Translations under genes and position numbers: made by a program
In this document: positions 8,685 through 18,874 of the stretch, piece after piece
How positions within the stretch are numbered: the stretch's first letter is position 1
Layout: each line of letters starts with the position of its first letter
NCBI GenBank assembly: GCA_965225855.1
Contig: CBDDCK010000005.1
Span: 1,504,001 to 1,568,000, forward strand
Reading direction: 5' to 3'
Length of the DNA: 64,000 bases
From: Spirochaetia bacterium
GTDB taxonomy: Bacteria > Spirochaetota > Spirochaetia > SP-2023
Notes under the pieces: model-generated
Seen by the model: the letters and a program-made list of their open reading frames with translations, nothing else
What the model was told of the DNA's origin: nothing
The model's database searches: none

Positions 8685-9758
8685 ATGGAAAAATTAGGTT
8701 TTATCGCAAGGCATTTAGAGTTATTGGAAGAAACAATAATCTATCGCTTTCTTGATCGCGTACAATTTGCGGCACACCCAGAACTATACCAGCCACAAAC
8801 GATGGACATTCAGCTAGCTACTAAGAACGATTTAGGGCTATCTTATCAAGATGATTTTCGGCAACCTGTTCCCTACTATGTCCCAAATGATTCAGCAGAA
8901 TACTCTTCCGAAGAAATATTGCGCCTTAGTCTGCTGGGTTTACGCTTGAGAGCCCATGAGGCAATGGAACAAGAATTTGAACGCTATAACGTGGTAGAGG
9001 AGTTTCCGTTTAGCCCTTTTACCCCACCATTCTCTGCTGCATTTTTGGCCGAAGCTAAGGCCAGAGCTCAAACAACTTCACCAGCTATCTTACAAAAATT
9101 AGGGTTAGCTAAAACTTCATGTAGCTTTGAAGCAGATTTGCCATTGCCCCTAGCTATTATTCGGGAAATTAGCCAATGCAAGTCTATTTTACAGTGCTAT
9201 CTGGCCTTTCTGTACCGCTATTGCCACCAGCCCAAAGGCCGCAACAAAGAACAAATACCAACGCAACAAACCATGCAGATAGCGTTACACGCATATAAAG
9301 AACACTATGATTATGGTTCTGCTCTCGAGCACGATGTAATGGCATTGCAGGCTATATCGCGGAGAGTGCACTACGGTGCTATTTATGTTGCAGAGAGCAA
9401 ATTCAACTCTCAAGAGAAGCTACTTAGACCCTTGATCAAACAATGGCAAGAATCTTGTAATAACTCAAATTATAAGTATGGAGAATATCTAATCAATAAT
9501 AAGGACGAAGCAATCGAATATCAGGAGCGTATCTTAGATTTAATTATTCGCCCAGAAATAGAGAAAAATATCTTACAGAGAGTTTATGATAAGACTCTTA
9601 CTATTCAATTAGGTAGTCAAGGCCAAGCAGAAACAAATAATAATATTACTTTGCATCGTTTTTATCTACAACCCGATGCCCTTCGTGATTTTTATGCCAA
9701 CTGTGTTATTCCGCTAACCAAGCAGGGTGAGCTTGCTTATCTATATCGCCGTGTATAA
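8685..9758 (+). CDS. Chorismate mutase, eukaryote-type AroQ class (yeast Aro7-like)
   Basis: LEETIIYRFLDRVQF, DVMALQAISRRVHYG.YVAESKF and VIPLTKQGELAYLYRR parallel the conserved blocks of fungal and plant chorismate mutases. Confidence 0.75.
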   Translation: MEKLGFIARHLELLEETIIYRFLDRVQFAAHPELYQPQTMDIQLATKNDLGLSYQDDFRQPVPYYVPNDSAEYSSEEILRLSLLGLRLRAHEAMEQEFERYNVVEEFPFSPFTPPFSAAFLAEAKARAQTTSPAILQKLGLAKTSCSFEADLPLPLAIIREISQCKSILQCYLAFLYRYCHQPKGRNKEQIPTQQTMQIALHAYKEHYDYGSALEHDVMALQAISRRVHYGAIYVAESKFNSQEKLLRPLIKQWQESCNNSNYKYGEYLINNKDEAIEYQERILDLIIRPEIEKNILQRVYDKTLTIQLGSQGQAETNNNITLHRFYLQPDALRDFYANCVIPLTKQGELAYLYRRV

Positions 9759-10962
9759 AAGCTTGTGGCAGTGGCAAGCAGAAAAATTATTGAACAAGTT
9801 ATATAAACCTGTTCAGGACTGGTTTGCCCAACACGGTAAAAAGTATCCTTGGAGTATTAGTTCTGTAAAATTAAAACATTCAAATAATAAACTTAATGGC
9901 ATAAGATCGCATGCTATAATCGATAGCAGACCCTATAGCCAATCAGTTGTAATTGATGATTTTCGCGATGAGAATGTGCATATGCTGCCGAGTAGTTATG
10001 CTGTATGGGTCTCGGAAGTAATGTTGCAGCAGACGCGCGTGGAGACTGTGATACCATATTATAACGCTTGGTTGCAGCGATGGCCTTCATTGAGCCAGCT
10101 AGCTACCTCCGCAGAAGAACAAGTTTTAAAGCAATGGGAGGGTTTAGGGTACTACAATCGCGCACTCAATATGCGCAAGTGTGCGCAAAAATGCGTGAAT
10201 GAACAAGGGCGCACAGAGCTACCAATAAGTAGTATTGAGCTGCGAAAGCTACCTGGGATAGGTGAATATATTGCTGCTGCGATAGCCAGTATCAGTAGTA
10301 ATGAAGCGGTATTAGCTTTGGATACCAATGTTAAACGGATTTTTAGCCGACTCTACCAAGAACAACCTAGCTCTGCCACTATAAAGGCTTGGCAAAGGCA
10401 GCATCAGCAGGCGTTGCAGCTTTGTCTTTGGTGTGGTAACGCCAATGTTGCATTGATCCAACTGGGGCAGCAATTATGCAAAGCAAGCAAACCCTTGTGT
10501 GTTGTCTGCCCGTTACAACCCATTTGTCCAGCAGCAACCCAAACGGGCAAAGGCAATTGGGACGTATTCCCTAGCCCGAAAACTTACCAAAAACACAAGT
10601 GCAGCAGCCAGCGATTATTGTTGTGCGCTGAAGGTAAATATTTATTGCTGCGCAAACGCAGCGGCCATTTATGCCATTTATGGCGTCTTCCCGAAGCACA
10701 GCAATTGGGGCTATCTGATTCCAAATTATTCCATCATACATATCTTGGGTGTTTTCATCATGCCTATTTACAAACCCAAGAACAAATAAAAGTATGGGCC
10801 TACAATACTATTAGTTTCTGCTATGAATGGGAGGTTATTCTAAACCAACAAGCCCACCAGTTTGAATGGTTATGGACGGAAGACTTTTCCGCATTGACTT
10901 TGGCAGGCCCCTATCGTAAATTTTTAGCAAGAACGGCCATTCAAACTAGATTAGTTCGATAA
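9727..10962 (+). CDS. mutY: A/G-specific adenine glycosylase (start codon uncertain)
   Basis: VWVSEVMLQQTRV, WEGLGYYNRA, HhH motif LPGIGEY and a C-x6-C-x2-C-x5-C FeS motif. Confidence 0.9.
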   Translation: MSLLIYIAVYKSLWQWQAEKLLNKLYKPVQDWFAQHGKKYPWSISSVKLKHSNNKLNGIRSHAIIDSRPYSQSVVIDDFRDENVHMLPSSYAVWVSEVMLQQTRVETVIPYYNAWLQRWPSLSQLATSAEEQVLKQWEGLGYYNRALNMRKCAQKCVNEQGRTELPISSIELRKLPGIGEYIAAAIASISSNEAVLALDTNVKRIFSRLYQEQPSSATIKAWQRQHQQALQLCLWCGNANVALIQLGQQLCKASKPLCVVCPLQPICPAATQTGKGNWDVFPSPKTYQKHKCSSQRLLLCAEGKYLLLRKRSGHLCHLWRLPEAQQLGLSDSKLFHHTYLGCFHHAYLQTQEQIKVWAYNTISFCYEWEVILNQQAHQFEWLWTEDFSALTLAGPYRKFLARTAIQTRLVR

Positions 10963-11420
10963 GAACATATAATAAAAGACTATCTGTATTAAAGTAAGTA
11001 CCTAACTAGAATCTATAATTGTCAAATCTTAGGTAAGATTAGTTAAAATCGAGATACAGATTTTATTTAAATTTGATATAAATTCTTACTTTTTTGTTGT
11101 ATCTAAAAACAATCCTTTAACATAAATCAAAATTTTCATCTTAGCCCGTCAATTGATTATATTTTTAGCCAAATATCAAAAAATTTATTTTCTTTATTTT
11201 TTGTGAATCTTGCAAAAAATAGAATCGATGGTATTTAAAATTTGGCTTCTAGAAAATTTGTGTTTTGCAATATTTTTTCATTGTCCAGAATGAAGTTAGA
11301 TGGTAATTTTACCGTCTATTTTTTGTTCAGATATTTTATTCTTTATTTATAATAAGCGATTCTTCAATCGTTAGGAAAACAGAAATTAGAATAAAAAAAT
11401 TGGGTAAACTGTGTTTTTTT

Positions 11421-11447
11421 TAAAGAAAATGTTATATTACCCGAATC
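11421..11447 (+). promoter_or_regulatory. Candidate sigma28 (FliA) promoter of flagellin gene
   Basis: TAAA-N15-CCCGAATC against consensus TAAA-N15-GCCGATAA, 49 nt upstream of the flagellin ATG. Confidence 0.5.
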
Positions 11448-11454
11448 TTTGTTA

Positions 11455-11488
11455 GAGCACGGATGCTCCTAACCAATTCCACGGAGGA
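11455..11488 (+). promoter_or_regulatory. Two GGA-loop hairpins, putative CsrA binding sites in the flaB leader
   Basis: GAGCA-CGGA-TGCTC (11455-11468) and TCC-ACGGA-GGA (11478-11488), the second overlapping the Shine-Dalgarno. Confidence 0.65.
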
Positions 11489-11495
11489 TGATACT

Positions 11496-12347
11496 ATGAT
11501 TATCAATCACAATCTGTCTGCGATGAATTCACAACGTCGCAACAATCTGGCCGATATTGCTACCGGCAAAACTATGGGCAAACTATCTTCAGGTCTGCGC
11601 ATCAATCAAGCTAGTGATGATGCTGCTGGTCTAGCTATTTCTGAGAAAATGCGTTCTCAAGTTAATGGTTTGAATCAGGCTTCTAGTAATGCCCTTCATG
11701 CTATTTCTTTTATTCAAACAACTGAAGGTTACTTAAGTGAAACAACCTCTATTTTGCAGCGTCTACGCCAATTGTCCGTACAATCTGCCAACGGTATTAA
11801 TACACAAGAAGATCGCAGGCAAATACAAGTTGAGGTGTCTCAGTTAGTAGATGAAGTCGATCGTATCGCTAGCCAAGCTCAATTCAACACAATGAATATG
11901 CTCACAGGTGATTATTCTGCAGATCAATCTGCTACAAATTCTATGTGGGTTCATGTCGGTGCCAATGCTGATCAGCGTGAGCGTTTGAATATTGCTACTA
12001 TGACAGCAACCGCTTTGGGTATTCGCGATGCAGGTAATCAAAATTCAATTTCTTTAGAATCTTTGGATTCTGCGAATAATGTAATTGCCACTCTCGACAA
12101 AGCATTGGAAAAAGTTAGTGCACAGCGTGCTGATTTGGGTGCTTATCAAAATCGTTTTGAAATGGCTATTGAAGGTCTTGATATAGCTGCTGAAAATTTA
12201 CAAGCTGCTGAATCTCGTATTCGCGATTTGGATATGGCTCGTGAAACAGTTAAATTTACTCGTGATCAAATCCTAAGTCAGTCCAGTATGGCAATGTTAG
12301 CTCAAGCAAATCAGCGTCCGCAGCTAGTGTTACAACTCCTTCAGTAA
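11496..12347 (+). CDS. flaB: Flagellar filament core protein (flagellin)
   Basis: [11 protein letters not shown] start after [28 protein letters not shown] and AAESRIRD motifs; ~283 aa spirochaete-type length. Confidence 0.97.
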   Translation: MIINHNLSAMNSQRRNNLADIATGKTMGKLSSGLRINQASDDAAGLAISEKMRSQVNGLNQASSNALHAISFIQTTEGYLSETTSILQRLRQLSVQSANGINTQEDRRQIQVEVSQLVDEVDRIASQAQFNTMNMLTGDYSADQSATNSMWVHVGANADQRERLNIATMTATALGIRDAGNQNSISLESLDSANNVIATLDKALEKVSAQRADLGAYQNRFEMAIEGLDIAAENLQAAESRIRDLDMARETVKFTRDQILSQSSMAMLAQANQRPQLVLQLLQ

Positions 12348-12388
12348 GAATTTCTTAACTTATAGTTAGAAGTTTTAGTTTATAGGCG

Positions 12389-12442
12389 CGTAATTACCGA
12401 AAAGATATTAAATAATTTTTTGTTCGGTAATTACGTATTTTT
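12389..12442 (+). terminator. Probable intrinsic terminator after flaB
   Basis: 13-bp inverted repeat CGTAATTACCGAA...TTCGGTAATTACG followed by a T-rich tract. The loop is long (21 nt). Confidence 0.6.
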
Positions 12443-12904
12443 ATGGGTGTGTCTTACGATATTGGTCGAAAAGGTGAGGATATATCCTTAAAATATTTTT
12501 GTAATTTAGGGTATTATTTACTGAAGCGTAACTTTCGGGTTCAATCTTCTAATCCTTTAAGTGAGATTGACTTAATATTCTTAGATATGAAAGGGACAGC
12601 CCCTGTTGATCGTAACGATATTTTTCCACTGATAGGCATTGAAGAGCCTGATCTTTTATATGATTTTGTTGTAAAGCAATCCTCTTGTCTGGAAATCATA
12701 TTTGTAGAAGTAAAATATTGGAAGGCGTATCCTATATCTGATTTATGTTATAATCTCAGTCCTGCTCGACAGCAGAGAATGTTTAATACAGCCGACTGTT
12801 TTTTGCAGGAAAATCCTATATATAGCCATTGTCCTAGGCGTTTTGACCTAGCCATTGTACAAAATGATAATAATATAAAGCATATTAAAGCAGCCTTTCC
12901 GTAA
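12443..12904 (+). CDS. YraN family protein (UPF0102)
   Basis: GRKGED, RNFR, EIDLI, FVEVK and RFD motifs, with a ~30 aa insertion. Confidence 0.85.
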   Translation: MGVSYDIGRKGEDISLKYFCNLGYYLLKRNFRVQSSNPLSEIDLIFLDMKGTAPVDRNDIFPLIGIEEPDLLYDFVVKQSSCLEIIFVEVKYWKAYPISDLCYNLSPARQQRMFNTADCFLQENPIYSHCPRRFDLAIVQNDNNIKHIKAAFP

Positions 12905-12921
12905 AAATTCGGAGTTTTATA

Positions 12922-13062
12922 GTGAAAATTGCAAAGAAAATTGATCTAAGGCGAATTGAAAAACTTCGAAAAGAGATTTATAAACCAGAATATCAAAAGC
13001 AAGCTATCCAAATGATTGCGTTAAACTTAACAGATGCGCTTGCTCGCAAAGATAGTGAGTAA
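12922..13062 (+). CDS. Small 46-aa protein, weakly FlgM C-terminus-like (below the ORF track cutoff)
   Basis: GGAG RBS then GTG; translates as MKIAKKIDLRRIEKLRKEIYKPEYQKQAIQMIALNLTDALARKDSE. Confidence 0.6.
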   Translation: MKIAKKIDLRRIEKLRKEIYKPEYQKQAIQMIALNLTDALARKDSE

Positions 13063-13096
13063 GGCTTAAAAGTCCTAATCCCCTGACTATCTAATA

Positions 13097-14035
13097 TTAA
13101 AGTGCTAAAAGTCTATCTAGTCCTAGTGCTGCACCGCTAGTATTAGGCAAGTCTTGCCATAAATTTAGTGCAGCTAAATCATAACGTGGGTAAATACAAT
13201 CGCTGGATTTCTTTAGATTTGCTATAAAACGAGTTCGATATCGATTCAAATATTGTATTCTATTCTCCTCACCACAAGCATTCGCCAATTCCAAACCGTT
13301 TAAATACAATTCCCAGCGGTCAACCCAGCCTTCCTCTAGGTATTTAGCCGGCAATGGCGTTATATCTGGATAAGGATAGAGTGCGCAATATGGCAGTTCC
13401 TTAGCCATATACGGTTCAAGAAAATCAACCAGAAATAAATGAAATAAATCATCTAAATTTAATTTTGGGGATCGTGTTCCTGCCACTTCACTATATAATT
13501 GCTGTAAACCTTCTAAACCTAGTTCCCAATAGCAATTAAATTCTAAACCCAAAGCACGTTTACACAGTTGCTCAAAACTCAATACTATTGGTTGGGTCCC
13601 CAGAATAATTTTCAGTGTATGAGACGGCTTTAATTTTTGAGCGATGTTTTGTAATAATTCATCTAACAAGCTCAATAATTCCATTGTGGTATAATCAAGG
13701 CCATAAAACTCCAACATGAGAAATTCCCAAAAATGGATAGAATCTTGCTCATCTTCTTGACGGAAGCAATGAGCTAATTGGTAAATAGAGCGGGCTCTAC
13801 TCTCCGAATCCCATCGACATAACAGCTCTTTCATGGCTAATTCTGGAGATGGTAGTAAATAGCGATCGCAATAAGGTAGATGAAAACTATGCACATGTAA
13901 TTCTGGCACAAGAGCAGATTGCATTATCCCTGTATCTACTTCAATAAAATCTTTTCTATTAAAAAAAGAGCGAATAAGTTGTAGAATTTCTGCTTTTTGC
14001 AAAATTTTATGTTCCAATCTCAATTCAGAAGACAT
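13097..14035 (-). CDS. epmA: EF-P lysine aminoacylase GenX/EpmA-like (class II aaRS catalytic domain only)
   Basis: IRSFF...FIEVDT, SPELAMKELL, FRQE...H..EFLMLEFY, RWELYLNGLELAN and GAALGLDRL motifs, with no anticodon domain. Confidence 0.75.
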   Translation of the reverse strand: MSSELRLEHKILQKAEILQLIRSFFNRKDFIEVDTGIMQSALVPELHVHSFHLPYCDRYLLPSPELAMKELLCRWDSESRARSIYQLAHCFRQEDEQDSIHFWEFLMLEFYGLDYTTMELLSLLDELLQNIAQKLKPSHTLKIILGTQPIVLSFEQLCKRALGLEFNCYWELGLEGLQQLYSEVAGTRSPKLNLDDLFHLFLVDFLEPYMAKELPYCALYPYPDITPLPAKYLEEGWVDRWELYLNGLELANACGEENRIQYLNRYRTRFIANLKKSSDCIYPRYDLAALNLWQDLPNTSGAALGLDRLLAL

Positions 14036-14039
14036 GGTG

Positions 14040-14447
14040 TTAGATACGATAGATAACTAAACTAATAGCAATAACAGATGCATAGGCAAACATTAAAATA
14101 GAAGAAAATTCTAAAGGAAAGGCGGCAAGAGGTGCTAAAACCGTATCGAGAAAACGCAATATAACCGTATCCAAAAACATGCCGGGCACACAGAGACTAA
14201 TGGAAGCGACCGGCGCTTGGCTTGGCAATGTTCTCGTTAGCCTTAGGCACAGCAAAAATAAACTAGTCATCACTACGAAAATAATGAACAGTAGCGCGAT
14301 AAATAAAAAACCGCTGCCAAACAAGTTTAGCATTGCTGCCCCACCAAAATATGAAGCCACCGTAAATAAAATAAAAAACACAATACCAATAAGGCAAAAT
14401 CGACTGACTATACTGCGAAAATCTTGATTAAACTGGCGTTGTTGCAT
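14040..14447 (-). CDS. Small four-TM membrane protein (DUF5367-like)
   Basis: Four hydrophobic segments and a VPGMFLD motif. Confidence 0.5.
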   Translation of the reverse strand: MQQRQFNQDFRSIVSRFCLIGIVFFILFTVASYFGGAAMLNLFGSGFLFIALLFIIFVVMTSLFLLCLRLTRTLPSQAPVASISLCVPGMFLDTVILRFLDTVLAPLAAFPLEFSSILMFAYASVIAISLVIYRI

Positions 14448-14505
14448 GAATAAGTACTTCCATCAAAAAATCTAGCGTTACTCTATGTAAGCCATCACCA
14501 TGGCA

Positions 14506-15381
14506 TCAGCTTTGATTGACTATAATAAAAGGTAAGAAATAATAATACAAGGGGGCAACGAATAACAAAGAGTCAATTGAATCTAAAATACCACCGCGGC
14601 CTCGAATGAGTACACCCGAATCTTTGACACCAGCAGCACGTTTGATTAAAGATTCTACCAAATCGCCTAAAATAACGCAGCAGCCGATAGCTAGAGCAAG
14701 AACTGGTAAATACCAAGAAAGCTGAAAAATATCGGGCCAAACTAGCGCAAAAAGTACAAAGGTCAAGATACTGGCAAGTATTCCTCCTAAAAAGCCTTGC
14801 AAGCTTTTATTTGGGCTTACATCAATTAATCCTTTATTTTTGCCAAATAATATGCCAAAAAACCAAGCTAAAGAATCATTGGCTTGAACGCAAACTACAT
14901 ATAATAAAGCTAATAAGGGACCTGAAGAATAAGCCGTTAAAGATACGGCATAGGTCCCCAAGAAGCTGGGATAAAACAAAATAATCAAATAACCAATGCC
15001 TATAAATAAACGCTCTTTCATACTCCATTTTTTGATAAAAATAGGCAAAGCTAAAGATGCTAAGGCCACAATCACAATCAAGCTAGACAGAGCTCTGTAT
15101 TTATCGGCAATGGGAAAAATAATTTCAAAATAGCGTATGGCAGGTAATGAAGCCCCCATCATTGTTGCTGGCAATAATTTTACTTGAAAACCAAGTACGT
15201 TTAGAAGTTTCGCCATTTCTTTGGCTGCTAAGCTGATAAAGACAACGACAACCAAATTAAATGGTAATTGTTGGTAAAATGGCAGCATAATAATCGTAAT
15301 GAGTAGAGGCACTGCAATCACAAACAACAATAAGCGTTGCCCTATATTCTGGCACTTACTTTTGTCCAGTAAACCTTGCAT
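14506..15381 (-). CDS. cdsA: Phosphatidate cytidylyltransferase
   Basis: SPNKSLQG and GDLVESLIKR..GVKDSG.LI.GRGGILDSIDS motifs; follows uppS. Confidence 0.95.
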   Translation of the reverse strand: MQGLLDKSKCQNIGQRLLLFVIAVPLLITIIMLPFYQQLPFNLVVVVFISLAAKEMAKLLNVLGFQVKLLPATMMGASLPAIRYFEIIFPIADKYRALSSLIVIVALASLALPIFIKKWSMKERLFIGIGYLIILFYPSFLGTYAVSLTAYSSGPLLALLYVVCVQANDSLAWFFGILFGKNKGLIDVSPNKSLQGFLGGILASILTFVLFALVWPDIFQLSWYLPVLALAIGCCVILGDLVESLIKRAAGVKDSGVLIRGRGGILDSIDSLLFVAPLYYYFLPFIIVNQS

Positions 15382-15475
15382 TTAAAACCTCTTCTTTACC
15401 TTAAATTCAATTTTTACCAAAAATCTTCAAACAAAAACAGTCTAGTGAAAATGCCTATAATAACAGTGATCAAGT

Positions 15476-16186
15476 TTATTCTTCAGTAGAAATAATTGCG
15501 CCAAAACGGCGTTCTCGCTTGACAAAATTTTTTAAGGCCGCTTCAAATTCTTGTGCGGTCCAATCGGGCCACAGCGTATCGGTAAAATATAGCTCGGCAT
15601 AGGCAGAAGCCCATAGTAAAAAGTTACTGATGCGCTGCTCGCCTCCTGTACGGATCAGTAAATCCAAAGGAGGCAATTCCCCTCCGTGGTAAAGATTTTG
15701 TTTTAAGGTTTCCAGTGTAACAATCTCTCCTGCCTGTCTCAATTTTTCGGCAGCATATACTACTTCATTTTGACCACCGTAATTAATTAAAAGATTTATC
15801 GTGAGCCCATCACCAAAATCTTTCGTTTGTTCTACCACATAAAGAATTTCATCTTGCACTAGCTGCGGTAACTCTTCTAAAACTCCCGAATGCCAAACAC
15901 GAATTCTGTTGTCAATATAAAACTTTAATTCATTGCGTAAATGTTTTTGCAAAAGGCCCATAAGATACTCAATTTCTCTTGAGGGACGCTTCCAATTTTC
16001 GTGGGAAAATACATACAAAGACAAAAAAGGTAGTTTTAATTCCGATGCTCGCCGCACAATATTTTTGCTAACTGTAACCCCTTCACTGTGGCCAAAAATC
16101 CGGGCCTTACCACGATGCTTAGCCCAACGGCCATTGCCATCCATAATAATCCCAACATGCTGTAACGCAATCATCTTAATTTCCAT
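15476..16186 (-). CDS. uppS: Polyprenyl (undecaprenyl) diphosphate synthase
   Basis: HVGIIMDGNGRWA, FSHENWKRP and LIRTGGEQRISNFLLW motifs. Confidence 0.97.
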   Translation of the reverse strand: MEIKMIALQHVGIIMDGNGRWAKHRGKARIFGHSEGVTVSKNIVRRASELKLPFLSLYVFSHENWKRPSREIEYLMGLLQKHLRNELKFYIDNRIRVWHSGVLEELPQLVQDEILYVVEQTKDFGDGLTINLLINYGGQNEVVYAAEKLRQAGEIVTLETLKQNLYHGGELPPLDLLIRTGGEQRISNFLLWASAYAELYFTDTLWPDWTAQEFEAALKNFVKRERRFGAIISTEE

Positions 16187-16195
16187 TCATCAGAA

Positions 16196-16741
16196 TTATA
16201 TTTCTAAAATTTCTTTCTCTTTCTGTTTTAGAATATAATCGACTTTTTTTACCATTTTGTCGGTAAAATGTTGAATTTCTGTCATTTCATGCTTTTGTGT
16301 ATCTTCGCCAAGTTCTTTATTACTTTTAGTATGATCATTCATTTCTCGGCGAATATTTCGCAATGAAACACGGGCTTTTTCGGCTATCGTTTTTGCTTGT
16401 TTCACTAATTCTTTGCGCCGCTCTTGTGTTAGGGCTGGAATTTGCAACCGAATATTTTTGCCGTCATTGTTGGGTACTAGCTCCAAATTTGCCACCTGAA
16501 TAGCACGTTCAACATCTTTTAAAAGGTTGCGGTCAAAAGGCGCAATCAAAATTTCACGAGCTTCCGGAATACTAATATTGGCAACTTGCTTCAATGGGGT
16601 AGGGGTACCATAGTAATCGACCATAACTTTATCGAGTAACTGTGGAGTAGCCCTGCCCGTACGCAAACAAGCATAATCATGTTCTAAACTGGTGATTACT
16701 TTCTTCATTTTTTCAGACATTTCATTGTCAAACAAACCCAT
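16196..16741 (-). CDS. frr: Ribosome recycling factor
   Basis: LRTGRATP, VDYYGTPTPL and PALTQERRKELVK motifs. Confidence 0.97.
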   Translation of the reverse strand: MGLFDNEMSEKMKKVITSLEHDYACLRTGRATPQLLDKVMVDYYGTPTPLKQVANISIPEAREILIAPFDRNLLKDVERAIQVANLELVPNNDGKNIRLQIPALTQERRKELVKQAKTIAEKARVSLRNIRREMNDHTKSNKELGEDTQKHEMTEIQHFTDKMVKKVDYILKQKEKEILEI

Positions 16742-16835
16742 AAAATACCCCTAATGTATACAATAATATTTTTTAGAATTGAAAGTTAAGTAGACAAGAC
16801 TTAACCATTGCCTCCTGAAAATGTAGCGCAAAGAA

Positions 16836-17678
16836 TTAAGCTTCAGCACCCACTTTTAAAATTTTATAACCTTTTAACGTTACCGCTGTCCCATTCTCTT
16901 TGGAAAAATTTTGCAACACTTTTGTAACACTACTTTTCGGTTCTTTGACAAAACCTTGCTCTGCAAAGCAGCATTCAGCCAACCATTTTTTCATTTGGCC
17001 TTTCAAATATCCCTCACGAGCTTTTTCTGGAATATTTTCCTTCTCAGCGCGCTCGCGAAAAATTTCTTCTTGTTCTGCTATTTCTTGCTGGTCGACTTCA
17101 GAAGAATTTAAGAAAGTAGGTTGATAGGCTGCTGCATGCATAGCAAGGTCGCGCCCCAGTTGATGCAATTGAAGCGCATCATAAGTATTGCTAGCTTCGC
17201 AATGCAACACCACAGCCGTACCAATCGAACCATTGTTATGTGAATAACTGACAACTGTATCTCCTGCTGTAACGGCAATATTGGCAATGCTGCCGATATT
17301 CAAATTTTCATTTAACGTGAGAACCGCTTCTTGTACTTTGGTTGTCAAAGTTTCGTTGGTCGTATGTAGATTCTCTTGCAAAACCTGCTGCGCAACAGCT
17401 TCGCCTAACTTGCGAAATTCTTCATTCATGGCGACAAAATCCGTTTCACAACGAATTTCCACCATTACCAGACGTTCTTCGTTTTGGGCAAAAAAGACCG
17501 AACCTTCAGAAGTTTGGCGATCACTGCGTTTGGCCACACTGGCAAGCCCCTGCTTTTTTAAAATTTTTTCAGCTTCTGTAAAATCACCGGCCGCTGCGAT
17601 GAGCGCATTTTTACAATCCAACATACCCGCGCCGGTTTTATCGCGCAGCTGTTTGACATCTTGTGGACGAACACTCAT
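16836..17678 (-). CDS. tsf: Elongation factor Ts
   Basis: VKQLRDKTGAGMLDCKNAL and CETDFVA motifs. ATG at 17678 is preferred over the ORF-track start (17708), which overlaps rpsB. Confidence 0.96.
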   Translation of the reverse strand: MSVRPQDVKQLRDKTGAGMLDCKNALIAAAGDFTEAEKILKKQGLASVAKRSDRQTSEGSVFFAQNEERLVMVEIRCETDFVAMNEEFRKLGEAVAQQVLQENLHTTNETLTTKVQEAVLTLNENLNIGSIANIAVTAGDTVVSYSHNNGSIGTAVVLHCEASNTYDALQLHQLGRDLAMHAAAYQPTFLNSSEVDQQEIAEQEEIFRERAEKENIPEKAREGYLKGQMKKWLAECCFAEQGFVKEPKSSVTKVLQNFSKENGTAVTLKGYKILKVGAEA

Positions 17679-17679
17679 T

Positions 17680-18495
17680 TTATTTTCCCTCCTTTCCCCG
17701 AGAATCATAAATTTCTACATCTTGCTGCTGGGCTTCATAGTTGGCCATTTCTTCAGCAGGAGTCATAAGACTATTTTTTTCTTCGTGCATACTTTCGATA
17801 ACTTCTAGCCCAATTTCATTCTCCGCATCGAGCACAGCAGAAGAAATAGTTTGGGTAAAAAGCTGGATAGCGCGAATAGCATCATCGTTACCGGGGATAG
17901 GGTATCTTACGCCTTCGGGGTTACAATTGGTATCCAAAATAGCAATAACAGGTATCCCCAGACGATTTGCTTCGGCAATAGCAATATGTTCTTTGCGAGT
18001 GTCTACCACAAAAATTGCACCGGGCAGTTCTTTCATTTCTTTGACACCAACTAGCGTTTTTTCCAGTCGTTCTTTTTCTTTTTGTACTAAAGAAATTTCT
18101 TTTTTCGTCATCGAATCAAAAGAACCATCAACACCCATTTTTTCTAATTTTTTCAGGCGATATAAAGAGTGTTTGATGGTGGTAAAATTGGTGAGTATTC
18201 CCCCCAGCCAACGGTGGTTTACATAGTGCATATTACAGCGTTCAGCTTCGGACTTGATAACTTCTTGGGCTTGTTTTTTCGTTCCGACAAACAAAATACT
18301 TTTTTTCTTAATCACAATTTCTTTAGCGGCCATGTATGCATCTTTTAAACAAAGCACTGTTTTCTGTAAATCGACAATATGTATGCCATTGCGCTGCGTG
18401 AAGATGTATTTCTTCATGCGCGGATCCCAGCGCTTAGTCTGGTGTCCAAAATGCACCCCAGACTCTAAAAGACTTTTCATAGAGACAGTTGTCAT
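17680..18495 (-). CDS. rpsB: 30S ribosomal protein S2
   Basis: LLESGVHFGHQTKRWDPRM, RWLGG.LTNF and PIPGNDDAIR motifs. Confidence 0.98.
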   Translation of the reverse strand: MTTVSMKSLLESGVHFGHQTKRWDPRMKKYIFTQRNGIHIVDLQKTVLCLKDAYMAAKEIVIKKKSILFVGTKKQAQEVIKSEAERCNMHYVNHRWLGGILTNFTTIKHSLYRLKKLEKMGVDGSFDSMTKKEISLVQKEKERLEKTLVGVKEMKELPGAIFVVDTRKEHIAIAEANRLGIPVIAILDTNCNPEGVRYPIPGNDDAIRAIQLFTQTISSAVLDAENEIGLEVIESMHEEKNSLMTPAEEMANYEAQQQDVEIYDSRGKEGK

Positions 18496-18874
18496 CTATT
18501 TCCTCCTGCTGAAACTTCAGAATATATTTACCAAAATTCCTTGTACTGCTTACAATGGGCCGTCCCACGAGCAGCACGCCTTTCTCTGAATCTCACAAGT
18601 TTCCTTGTGGAAAATAAAATTACATAAAATAATTTGGGGAATGCTAGCGAATTGTTCTGACTTATGCAACGGAAATATATAGAGAGTAACTAGTTTAATT
18701 TAGAAAAATTGGGTCTGGACAAAGTTAGAGGGGATTTTGACGCAGAATTTTTAACAAATCCCATGCCCCCTACAAATAAATAGCAGAAGTAAGGCATAGC
18801 TATACCCAAATGATCATCCCTAAAGCAAAGAACATAAATTTTGTAACCTAGTCTGTTAAGTTAAAGATGCAAAG

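Noticed and set aside
16742..16835. Missing pyrH between tsf and frr, and groEL without groES, as unusual gene loss
   Set aside because: Both arrangements are familiar in Borrelia/Treponema-type spirochaetes.
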